Assembly: GCA_937920545.1 (NCBI GenBank)
Contig: CAKZUG010000011.1
Coordinates: forward strand, 5,975-69,974
Length of the DNA: 64,000 nt
DNA from: an uncultured Saccharophagus sp.
Lineage (GTDB): Bacteria > Pseudomonadota > Gammaproteobacteria > Pseudomonadales > Cellvibrionaceae
Direction: 5' to 3'
In this document: positions 41,755 through 51,522 of the stretch, in pieces
Layout of the letters: each line of letters opens with the position of its first letter
Numbering within the stretch: the stretch's first letter is position 1
The notes under the pieces: generated by a model
Database searches by the model: none
The model's input: the letters and a program-made list of their open reading frames with translations, nothing else
What the model was told of the DNA's origin: nothing
Position numbers and translations under genes: made by a program

Positions 41755-43110
41755 TTACTCTTCAAAAGTATTATAATTTATCACAGTGTTCCGGCCAGTG
41801 TTTTTTGCTTCATAAAGCGCTATATCCGCTTTGTCGGACATGCTGATGAGATTAGTGCTTTTGATCAACCTTTCAGTATAAACGCCAAAACTTGCTGTAA
41901 CGTTTAAGCGATGACAAAAAATATGCTCCTCAATAGATTGGCGTAACGCTTTCGCTAATCTTTCTGCGTCTTTATTCTTGGTTTTTTTGCAGATTAGAAT
42001 GAACTCCTCTCCGCCCCATCGTATTAGTTTATCGGTCGATCTAATTCTGTTTCTAATAAGTTCAGAGAGCTCTTTTAGTACCGCGTCTCCCACTGTATGG
42101 CCTGCATTGTCATTTATTTTTTTGAAGTGGTCTATGTCAAGAAATATAAGTGAGACAAAGGAATCACTGTTATCGCCATAGCTATAAATAAGCTGCGTGA
42201 AATGGTTGTCTGCGCCATGCCTATTTAACGTATTTGTTAGCTCATCTGTTTGTGCTTTTTTACTGAGCGTCTCTTTTTCTTGCTTTAGTTTGTTTTCAGT
42301 GACTTTTTGATTTTTGATCTCTTTGTTTTTTTTAAGTATTTTTAACAATAAAAGAACAAAGCTGGCGGTTAGCCAAAAAGATGAAAATAATATGTTGAAT
42401 AGGGTGTCAGATATTGCATTCTTTTTTAATTTAATACTGTTGATTTTGAATGTCTGCTCTCCTCCTTTTGTCAGTGTTCCTGTTTGTAGCTGTGCGATAA
42501 CAATATTTGTTAGTTCATTACCTGATAAGGCGAATGGTATGTTGTTACGAGCAATCCACCAGTCTGCAACTTTAAAATGAGATAGTTTCACCTCAAAAGG
42601 CTCAGATAGTAATGCTGTTTCAAATTCAATGATATGGTACTTGGTTGTCGACATTTCTTTTTTGTGTGAATAGTCTGGGTTAAAATTGCGTAGGTAAAAT
42701 CGTGCCGTTTTAGATTTTCCGTAGTAGTCGATATCAAATATAATAGACTCGTAGCCTGATATGTCGACGCCCTTTGTCCAGCTAGATGTTGTTGCCATCG
42801 CTAACCCGCAATAAGGCGTCCTATAGTTAGACTTGACGATAGTGCATTTAAAATGAAATTTGTTATTGTCAATAAACTCTCCAAAACTTTGGCCTTTGTT
42901 TTTATCGTGGCCACTATCACTACGTAAACCTATTTTACCTTGGTGGATGGGTAGGTCATTTGTAATAATAATGTAAGGTTTAATAATTATGACTACGATA
43001 GTGAAAATGGCTAAGAAGGCTAAAGTTATTTCAATTTTAAGTTCACTAAGAGTGGACGCATATTTTATTTTTTTCAAAATACTGCCTGCTATACATAAGA
43101 AATCTTCCAA
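41755..43110 (-). CDS. Membrane diguanylate cyclase with periplasmic CBM11/CIA30-like sensor (start uncertain)
   Basis: TM, ~190-aa beta-rich domain, TM, coiled coil, DELT, DIDHFKKIND, RSTD I-site, RWGGEEF. Confidence 0.88.
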   Translation of the reverse strand: MEDFLCIAGSILKKIKYASTLSELKIEITLAFLAIFTIVVIIIKPYIIITNDLPIHQGKIGLRSDSGHDKNKGQSFGEFIDNNKFHFKCTIVKSNYRTPYCGLAMATTSSWTKGVDISGYESIIFDIDYYGKSKTARFYLRNFNPDYSHKKEMSTTKYHIIEFETALLSEPFEVKLSHFKVADWWIARNNIPFALSGNELTNIVIAQLQTGTLTKGGEQTFKINSIKLKKNAISDTLFNILFSSFWLTASFVLLLLKILKKNKEIKNQKVTENKLKQEKETLSKKAQTDELTNTLNRHGADNHFTQLIYSYGDNSDSFVSLIFLDIDHFKKINDNAGHTVGDAVLKELSELIRNRIRSTDKLIRWGGEEFILICKKTKNKDAERLAKALRQSIEEHIFCHRLNVTASFGVYTERLIKSTNLISMSDKADIALYEAKNTGRNTVINYNTFEE

Positions 43111-43293
43111 TAATGCCTGATATTAAAAATAAAGCGAGTTATTGGGCGTTTAAGCATCGATTAGTTTTTCTCATTGTTTGGTATGATCGTCAGCGATGAA
43201 GTCTGGCATTAATCGTTTTTAGTCTGTCTATATAACGGCGCGTTACCACTTTAGGCGATATTGATCGTTATTGTTTTTTTATTTTATGTGTTT

Positions 43294-44775
43294 CTATATT
43301 TTAAACTTATTTAGTTGGTAAAATACAGCTTTTTCCGACTGACTGACCGTTTCCGATTGATTTTCAATACTGTCTATATCAATAGAGAGTGATTTTGAGC
43401 TATCAAATGCGACAGTCATTTTTTTTGATATGCTCTCGCTATGGCTAAGTTGTTGGGTTGCAAACAGAGTAATGCTGTTTATTGCATCATTTATTTTTTT
43501 GATTTTTTCGGAAATTATAATATAGGATTGAGAGCTGGCACTTGTTAAATCTATCGCCTCGTTTATCATCGATTGCCCGCGCTGTGACCCCGAGTATGAC
43601 TCACTTGCTTTCTTTTGTAGCTTTTCAATGATTTCTTCAATTTCTAGTGTTGAGTCTTGGGTGCGCCTTGCAAGTGTTCTTACTTCGTCAGCGACAACCG
43701 CAAAGCCTCTACCTGTGTCACCTGCTCGCGCGGCCTCGATCGCTGCATTTAAGGCGAGTAAATTTGTTTGGTCTGCAATACCTTTAATAACATCTAATAC
43801 ACTAGAAATTGCTTCACTAGCGTGCATGAGTTCACGTGCCTTGTTTGCGTTGTTATTGAGTTCATTGACTAGGCTATTGATAATATCTAGATTTTTATCG
43901 ACATCGTTCTTCCTCTCCTGAGAAATTTTTAAGGTTTCAGAGCATTGGTTAGATGTATCATTAGAGAGCGTCACAATGTCGTTAGCGGATATGTTTAATT
44001 GATCAATTTGATTGAGAGACTCTTCCGTTAGGTTGTGTTGAGATAAAATATTAGACGCTGTTTTTTTGTTGATGGCGCTAAAATCATGCGTAAGGTTATT
44101 AACATTGTTAAAGCTGGTATGAACCTCTTTTAATGTGTTTTTGACTTCCTCTAGTAAAAAATTAACACGGTGAGATAAGTCACCTATTTCATCTTTTCTA
44201 TTGCTCTCAATTTTTATATTGAGGTTGAATTGAGCGTCCTTTGTAATGTTTTTAATTGAGTTAGAAAGGTGTTTTATTGGCTTTAAAAATAACATATGTA
44301 TAACAATATTAACGATAATGATCATTGACGCGAGAGAGAGTAAAAACGTCAGAATACTGTGCCAAAGCTCGGTGGTAATATGTTTATCGATATGTTTTTT
44401 TGAAAACTGAATGTCGATGTGACCTATTGGTTTTCCGTTTTCGTCATTAATCTTGCTATTGGTTTTTTTGAAAGGCTCCCTGTTGGTATTTAAGCTAGAC
44501 ATATCTTTATTCGTTTGATCCGTGATATGAATAGACGATATATAAGTATGATCCTTATACGACTTCACGATTTTTTCAAGTACAGGTAAGTCGTAAGAGT
44601 AAATAGGTTCCTGGGCAATAAGCTTGATCTGCCTGATGGTGTCGTTGATGTTTTTATCAAGTGTTGATAAGGCTTGGTTCTTCGAGTGATTGTAACTGAC
44701 CAGCAGCCCAAGGCCTAACACGATCGACATGGAAATAGATACTGCAATAATAATTTTTGATGATAGAGATGTCAT
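43294..44775 (-). CDS. Methyl-accepting chemotaxis protein
   Basis: Two TM helices, HAMP (DEIGDL), [35 protein letters not shown]. Confidence 0.95.
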   Translation of the reverse strand: MTSLSSKIIIAVSISMSIVLGLGLLVSYNHSKNQALSTLDKNINDTIRQIKLIAQEPIYSYDLPVLEKIVKSYKDHTYISSIHITDQTNKDMSSLNTNREPFKKTNSKINDENGKPIGHIDIQFSKKHIDKHITTELWHSILTFLLSLASMIIIVNIVIHMLFLKPIKHLSNSIKNITKDAQFNLNIKIESNRKDEIGDLSHRVNFLLEEVKNTLKEVHTSFNNVNNLTHDFSAINKKTASNILSQHNLTEESLNQIDQLNISANDIVTLSNDTSNQCSETLKISQERKNDVDKNLDIINSLVNELNNNANKARELMHASEAISSVLDVIKGIADQTNLLALNAAIEAARAGDTGRGFAVVADEVRTLARRTQDSTLEIEEIIEKLQKKASESYSGSQRGQSMINEAIDLTSASSQSYIIISEKIKKINDAINSITLFATQQLSHSESISKKMTVAFDSSKSLSIDIDSIENQSETVSQSEKAVFYQLNKFKI

Positions 44776-45653
44776 TAAGGGCTCTCAGCTATAAATATCG
44801 GGTTGATGTTTTCTGCGGTCGATACCCACAGTTCGGGCCTATGTGTTGGGGTGAATTCACTGGTAAAAGGTACGTCTAACTTTATAATGGTTCTTTTTTT
44901 CAGATTGCCTTTTTTTAAGGCGGTCTGAATATTTATATCGTTGTAAAACATGTTGTTAAATTCACCATTTTTAATTATTTTTTCAAATCTTTGGTTTAAG
45001 TGTTGTACAAGTTTTTTATCGTTTTTACGCACAAAGATATACATTGGGGCGGGGTACCAAAGCAATATATGTTGGTCAACCGCTAAGCCTAGAGTCGGTC
45101 TGTCTTCAACTTCGCTCCATGCTTCATGAATGCCGCGCGGGAAATAATCGAACCTGCCTGCATGTAGCATATTGAATAAGTTACTGTATTTTATCTCACT
45201 TATTGTTGGAAGATTGTTGTGCTGGAGTATCTTTGTATCACTCCAATGTCGTCCTTGGCCTGCTTTAAAGGACTTCAAATCGTGTAGGTTTTTAACGTCT
45301 TTTAACAGGTCTGTGTTTGAGCGTTTAATTATGGGAATTCGCATGCCGAGCAGCCCTCGGTATACGGGGATATAAATGGCTTGAAACTCCTCTTCATACT
45401 CTTTATTTGTCATAGATAGGAATAGATCGATTTTTTTATTGCGCATATCATTGAGTACGCGGCTGTGCTCTACTTCTTTAAAGTGTTTATAGGGTTGAGT
45501 AATGGTGTAGTGGCTATCAGATAGAATTAATTTGCTCACTAAGTCTGTGGCAAATGTTAATCTTTTATCAATGATAGGTACCTTTATTGTGCGTGCAGTT
45601 GTTGTAAAGCTGAGCGCTATTGCACTCAGAGTTATAAAGATATTTAACAACAT
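44775..45653 (-). CDS. Stand-alone periplasmic solute-binding-type protein (family 3-like)
   Basis: Signal peptide; [37 protein letters not shown]; stop overlaps the MCP start (TAATG). Confidence 0.8.
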   Translation of the reverse strand: MLLNIFITLSAIALSFTTTARTIKVPIIDKRLTFATDLVSKLILSDSHYTITQPYKHFKEVEHSRVLNDMRNKKIDLFLSMTNKEYEEEFQAIYIPVYRGLLGMRIPIIKRSNTDLLKDVKNLHDLKSFKAGQGRHWSDTKILQHNNLPTISEIKYSNLFNMLHAGRFDYFPRGIHEAWSEVEDRPTLGLAVDQHILLWYPAPMYIFVRKNDKKLVQHLNQRFEKIIKNGEFNNMFYNDINIQTALKKGNLKKRTIIKLDVPFTSEFTPTHRPELWVSTAENINPIFIAESP

Positions 45654-45786
45654 GGATAGCCTTGGTATGACGTTTGAGTATGTTTTTAAATTATGGTCGC
45701 AAAATGAAATTTTGCATGATGTATCTGTATTTTTTTAGCGTTGGGCCTTATTAAGGTATATGCGATGGATATGAGATAGAAGTAGG

Positions 45787-46272
45787 CTAGTGCTGGTGAC
45801 CGCCCACTCCATGTGCATGGCCGTGGCTGAGTTCTTCTGGTGCTGCATCGCGAATACTGGCTATGCTAACGTCAAATTGCAGCGTTTTGCCCGCAAATGG
45901 GTGGTTCATATCAACATCAACATTAAATTTACCCACTTTTAAAATGCGGCCATTAAGTGTGCCGTCTTTACCATTAATTTTAACGAGCATGCCTTTTTGT
46001 AACCGCTTGGGTTTGCCGAGTAGGTGTTTAATTGGGATGCGCTGTTCGGCGTTGTCGCGTCTAAAACCATAGGCGTCTTCTGGGGCGAGTATAATGGTTT
46101 TGGTGTCATCTTTGCTCAAACCTGTTAGCCCTTTTTCTAGGCCAAGCAATATGTTTTTATGGCCATGCAGGTAGCTCATGGGGATACCTTGCTCGCTTGT
46201 TTCTAGTAGTTCGCCATCGGCTTCTTTGAGGGTGTAGGTAAAGCTAACAACTTTATTGTCTTCGATTTGCAT
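45787..46272 (-). CDS. slyD: FKBP-type peptidyl-prolyl isomerase SlyD
   Basis: YLHGH, APEDAYG, DMNHPFAGKTL, ELSHGHAHG His tail; start MQIED at 46272. Confidence 0.92.
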   Translation of the reverse strand: MQIEDNKVVSFTYTLKEADGELLETSEQGIPMSYLHGHKNILLGLEKGLTGLSKDDTKTIILAPEDAYGFRRDNAEQRIPIKHLLGKPKRLQKGMLVKINGKDGTLNGRILKVGKFNVDVDMNHPFAGKTLQFDVSIASIRDAAPEELSHGHAHGVGGHQH

Positions 46273-46432
46273 TTTTTTCTCTTTATTTAACGTGTGTTTA
46301 AATGAATTTCTATTATACTTCAGCATGAGTTTTTTGCGCTTTTAAAGTGCTTTTTAATATAACCGTTCTGTTTGCTCTATCTTTAATCTTTATTCCTTAT
46401 TATTTAATTCTTAGTGGCCATATCCCATTCAG

Positions 46433-46969
46433 ATGACACATCAACCTCAAATTAGCCGCAATGCTCAATTATTTAAGCCCATTGTTCTTATTGGGTTGAT
46501 ATGTTTTGTGCTGTTTAAGGCGATTATGCCAGCCGGGTTTATGGTGACACCCGATACAGGTATGGGCTTTGGGCTGTGTCATGGCGATGCCAAAAGTGCG
46601 GCGTTAATGTCGCACTTGCAGGGTGAGTCAGCCTTGGTAAAGCAAAGTGAGTCATTGTTGCAAAAGCAAGGTGATCATGTTTTTGAGCCAACTCATACCG
46701 CTGATGCTTCTCAACACAACTCCCATTCTTCCCAACACAACTTCCATTCTTCCCAACACAAGCCTAATGCTTCCCAACACAAGCCTAATGCTTCGCATGC
46801 GACTGCGCTATTGTGCGGCTATGCAGCGTTACAGTTGTTGGTATTTGGTCTTATAGGGCTATTAGCGCTTTTATTTACACGGTTTTTGCCTCTACTTTTT
46901 GGGTATCAACCAGTCGCCTCTGTGTTTAATTTGTATGTTTTAGCGTTATCACGTGCACCGCCTATTTAA
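46433..46969 (+). CDS. DUF2946-like leader protein with His-rich linker and C-terminal RAPP arrest motif
   Basis: N-terminal TM then PAGFM..LCHG, His repeats, second Cys plus hydrophobic segment, ends SRAPPI. Confidence 0.75.
   Translation: MTHQPQISRNAQLFKPIVLIGLICFVLFKAIMPAGFMVTPDTGMGFGLCHGDAKSAALMSHLQGESALVKQSESLLQKQGDHVFEPTHTADASQHNSHSSQHNFHSSQHKPNASQHKPNASHATALLCGYAALQLLVFGLIGLLALLFTRFLPLLFGYQPVASVFNLYVLALSRAPPI
46709..46798 (+). repeat. Four in-frame 21-nt tandem repeats (SQHNSHS/SQHNFHS/SQHKPNA/SQHKPNA)
   Basis: TCYCAACACAA-initiated units at 46709, 46730, 46751 and 46772; the last two are identical. Confidence 0.9.
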
Positions 46970-47009
46970 TCGTTATGCTTTTATTTAAATCTTTGATTAT
47001 TTTTGCAAT

Positions 47010-47089
47010 GCCGAGCCGAGCCAATGTCAACTCAGTTTAGTTAAGCTAGGAAAATACACACCCTTATGGGTGTGAGCACCTAGCTCGGC
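47010..47089 (+). promoter_or_regulatory. Structured RNA in the spacer between the RAPP ORF and the outer-membrane gene
   Basis: CACACCC-TTAT-GGGTGTG, AGCTAGG/CCTAGCT, and GCCGAGC/GCTCGGC pairings. Confidence 0.55.
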
Positions 47090-47152
47090 CGTAATGTGAG
47101 CCATTGTATTTTTACAGTGCGCATACGTTATCTATTAAATACGGAATATACT

Positions 47153-48259
47153 ATGTTTAACTCTTTTACACGCTGTGCGACGCTCATTGCGCGCCCATCG
47201 TTTTCTTTATTTTCATTTTTGTTATCGCTGTCTTTGTCATTGTCGGCTCAGGCGCTTGAGCCTTCTTTTGCTAGTACGCATGCGCCCATTGGTATTATGG
47301 GGGATCACCTGCATAAAAAAGGCGAGTGGATGGTGTCATATCGCGCCATGCAAATGGATATGTCGGGCAATTTATTGGGCAGCACGCCAATATCAGATGA
47401 AGATATTGTAACGTCTCAGCCTAACCGTTTTGCAGGTATGCCCATGATGCCGCCAACATTACGCGTGGTGCCGCAAGACATGACCACCACCATGCATATG
47501 TTTGGCGCGATGTATGCACCTACCGATAATCTCACACTGGTAGCCATGGTGAATTACCTTAAAAAAGAGATGACGCTGCGTACTTATCAGGGCGGTATGG
47601 GGACCACTGTTTTAGGCGATTTTAAGAGCAAATCAAGCGGTATTGGCGATACAAAATTAGGCATTTTATACCGCTTAGCTCAGGGTGAAACTCACCGTTT
47701 TCACAGTAACTTTACGCTAAGTTTGCCCACAGGCTCGATTACAGAAGAGGGCCGACCACTCACACCTATGAATATGCGCCCGCTGCGTAGGTTGCCTTAC
47801 CCTATGCAATTGGGCACAGGCACTTATGATGTGACGCCGGGTGTCACGTACACGGGTAATAGCGGTATTTGGGCGTGGGGCGCGCAGGCGTTGTATACCT
47901 TACGCACGGGTGAAAACGACGAAGGCTACACCGTAGGCGACGAGACTAAAATAAACACGTGGTTGCAATTGGGCTTTAGCGAGACGGTATCGGGCTCATT
48001 AGGGTTAGAGCATAAATCGAGTGATGCCATCGACGGTATCGATGCTGCCATTGCGCTACCTGTTCAGACAGCCGACCCAGCTAATTCGGGGCGAGACCTC
48101 ATTAATGTGAAGTTAGGCGTGAATACAGCGTTTACTCGTGGCGCGTTAGCGGGTCACCGCTTTGCCTTTGAGTATGTTGTGCCCATCGAGCAAGATGTCA
48201 ACGGTTTGCAAATGGAGATGCAGTCTATGTGGACGCTTGGGTATCAAAAAGCGTTTTAA
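47153..48259 (+). CDS. Met/His-rich outer-membrane beta-barrel (putative metal transporter)
   Basis: Signal peptide ending AQA; HAPIGIMGDHLH, MQMDM, MTTTMHMFGAMYAP, SGIGD, LPTG, MQLGTG; terminal YQKAF. Confidence 0.8.
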   Translation: MFNSFTRCATLIARPSFSLFSFLLSLSLSLSAQALEPSFASTHAPIGIMGDHLHKKGEWMVSYRAMQMDMSGNLLGSTPISDEDIVTSQPNRFAGMPMMPPTLRVVPQDMTTTMHMFGAMYAPTDNLTLVAMVNYLKKEMTLRTYQGGMGTTVLGDFKSKSSGIGDTKLGILYRLAQGETHRFHSNFTLSLPTGSITEEGRPLTPMNMRPLRRLPYPMQLGTGTYDVTPGVTYTGNSGIWAWGAQALYTLRTGENDEGYTVGDETKINTWLQLGFSETVSGSLGLEHKSSDAIDGIDAAIALPVQTADPANSGRDLINVKLGVNTAFTRGALAGHRFAFEYVVPIEQDVNGLQMEMQSMWTLGYQKAF

Positions 48260-48291
48260 GATTTCACGTTAATGATTGGCGCTTCTCAAAG

Positions 48292-48331
48292 AAAAAGCCC
48301 CGTTTGCGATTAGGCAAGCGGGGCTTTTTTT
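48292..48331. terminator. Bidirectional intrinsic terminator
   Basis: A5-GCCCCGTTTGC...GCAAGCGGGGC-T7. Confidence 0.85.
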
Positions 48332-48358
48332 GACGTCATCAATCTACTTTTAAATGCG

Positions 48359-49204
48359 TTAGTCATGACAATGTTTGTAATGAAACTCTAGATGCTCGTC
48401 AATAAAGCTCGCGATAAAGTAATAGCTGTGATCGTAGCCTTGATGTTGGCGCATGATCAGCGGATAACTTTTTGCTATTGCAGCGGCTTCGAGCATGTCG
48501 GGTTTAAGCTGCTCGGCTAAAAAAGTATCGTCCAAACCTTGGTCAACGAGCATCGGCACGGGCTGTTGATTTTTGTTTAAAAGATGCACGGTGTCGTAGT
48601 TTTTCCAGATATCTTGATTGTTCCCCAAATAGGCCGTAAAGGCTTTCTCTCCCCACGGGCACTGGCTAGGGTGGCTAATAGGGGCAAAGGCCGATGCCGA
48701 GGTAAATACGCTAGGGTTTTTAAGCGCAATCATTAATGCACCATGCCCACCCATTGAGTGACCAGCAATACCAATGCGGTTTGGATCTATCTTAAAATGT
48801 GCGTTTACCAGTGCGGGCAGCTCATCAACAATATACGAGTACATGTTGAAGTGCGTATTCCACGGTGTCTGTGTGGCATCAACATAAAAGCCCGCACCTT
48901 GGCCTAAATCGTAGCTGTCGTCATCGGGAATGTCATCACCACGCGGGCTGGTGTCGGGCATAATCAGTATCATGCCTAACCGTGCTGCTGTTTTTTGTGC
49001 GCAGGCTTTGGTGGCAAAATTTTGATCCGTACAGGTTAAGCCCGACAGCCAATAAAGCGCTGGCAGTGTTTCGCCCTCGCTCAGCATGTCGGCTTGCGGG
49101 GGTAAATAGACCGAGAATGCCATGTCGCAGTGTAACTGTGATGATGTATGCGTATAGGCAATTTGCCAACCGCCAAACATTTTGTTGCGTGCTGTTTCTT
49201 GCAT
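48359..49204 (-). CDS. fghA: S-formylglutathione hydrolase
   Basis: WLSGLTC, PDTSPRG, GAGFY, GHSMGGHG, GYDHSYYF. Confidence 0.96.
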   Translation of the reverse strand: MQETARNKMFGGWQIAYTHTSSQLHCDMAFSVYLPPQADMLSEGETLPALYWLSGLTCTDQNFATKACAQKTAARLGMILIMPDTSPRGDDIPDDDSYDLGQGAGFYVDATQTPWNTHFNMYSYIVDELPALVNAHFKIDPNRIGIAGHSMGGHGALMIALKNPSVFTSASAFAPISHPSQCPWGEKAFTAYLGNNQDIWKNYDTVHLLNKNQQPVPMLVDQGLDDTFLAEQLKPDMLEAAAIAKSYPLIMRQHQGYDHSYYFIASFIDEHLEFHYKHCHD

Positions 49205-49214
49205 GGCGGCCACC

Positions 49215-50339
<1,125 letters not shown>

Positions 50340-50485
50340 TTACCTATAAAAAATAATCATTAAATGAGTGAGATAAGTTTAATCAAACTATTACGACGAT
50401 GTGGTTTTATTTGGTTTTGTTTCTGGCGGTATGAGGATTAAATGTAATAGAAAAGACGGAAAGGTGGGTAAGTGGATGGGAGCAA

Positions 50486-50548
50486 TACTTTACCTTGTTA
50501 AAATGGATGTTTATTTTTAACAAGGTAAAGTACACAAGGCAAAGTACA
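50486..50548. repeat. Perfect 18-bp inverted repeat overlapped by a 14-bp tandem repeat
   Basis: TACTTTACCTTGTTAAAA-N11-TTTTAACAAGGTAAAGTA; CAAGG(T/C)AAAGTACA x2 at 50521-50548. Confidence 0.85.
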
Positions 50549-50568
50549 AAAATGTTCAGCAATAGGTG

Positions 50569-50895
50569 CTAAGGCATATAAAACATATCGGTTAGCGGGT
50601 GGCTGATTGGTTCGTTGGTGTCATGCACTTCCATAATATCGGCCATAAAATCCCACCATTTTTTCATCACAGGTTGAGCGGCAAGTTTATCGCCGTCAAA
50701 ATCAACCGGGCACTGCATGATTGCAAATAAAATGCGCGTTTGTTCATCTAAAAAAATACGGTACTCACAAATGCCTGCGTCTTTAAGTAGGGTGCTAAGT
50801 TCTGGCCATATCTCATCGTGTCGTTTTTTGTATTCGGCTTGCGCGCCCTCGTTGATGCGCATTTTGAAGGCAACGGTTTTTAACGCTGTGCTCAT
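50569..50895 (-). CDS. rhaM: L-rhamnose mutarotase
   Basis: AFKM, EYKKRHDEIWPEL, KKWWDFMADIM. Confidence 0.94.
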   Translation of the reverse strand: MSTALKTVAFKMRINEGAQAEYKKRHDEIWPELSTLLKDAGICEYRIFLDEQTRILFAIMQCPVDFDGDKLAAQPVMKKWWDFMADIMEVHDTNEPISHPLTDMFYMP

Positions 50896-51056
50896 GGTGT
50901 GTCCTTAATAAATGTGTTGTAGGTTTTGTTTTGGGTTTTGTTTTAGGTTGAGTGTGTCGAATTTAGTTTGGCATTTAATTGGCCGATTATACGCTGCAAA
51001 TCACTGTTTTATGGGAAAATGTCACGCTGTTATTTCTTAAAACCTGTGAGCTAAAT

Positions 51057-51455
51057 ATGTACAAAGCTTTTATTGCGGTTGGCGTTGTGTTTTTTGTTTT
51101 TATTGTCTGGATTATCTACCTTGCTAATACTGGTGGTCACAGCCTGTTTTTTGATTGGGTGCGGGTAATACCGTATGGCGACAAAGTAGGCCATGTGGGT
51201 ATTTTTGGTTTTTTAACGTTTATTGCCATCATAGCGTCTCGGTTTAAGGGCTTTTGTTTAAAAAGCATAAAAGTCTATTACGGGGCCGTGTGTGTTGCAC
51301 TATTGGTTGTTATCGAAGAATGTAGCCAAGCGTTTGTCGCAACGCGCACCTTTGATGTATACGATTTGGCCGCCGATTTTATCGGTATTACGGGCGCAAG
51401 CGTCATGGCTTTTCTAATACATCAAAAAATAAAATCATCACAAAATAGCGCCTAG
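51057..51455 (+). CDS. VanZ-family membrane protein
   Basis: GDKVGH...FG, EECSQ.F...RTFD..DL.AD. Confidence 0.85.
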   Translation: MYKAFIAVGVVFFVFIVWIIYLANTGGHSLFFDWVRVIPYGDKVGHVGIFGFLTFIAIIASRFKGFCLKSIKVYYGAVCVALLVVIEECSQAFVATRTFDVYDLAADFIGITGASVMAFLIHQKIKSSQNSA

Positions 51456-51522
51456 GGTTAAGCAGCTTGCGTACTTATATAGGTATAGATAGTGAAATAA
51501 TGAACATAATTAGAGTAAAAGT

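Noticed and set aside
41755-45653. Mobile element or prophage
   Set aside because: No integrase, transposase, tRNA target or terminal repeats; only a compositional shift
46709-46798. CRISPR array (also considered for 55569-55622 and 33709-33768)
   Set aside because: Repeats are contiguous without unique spacers, two of the three are in-frame coding repeats, and there are no cas genes
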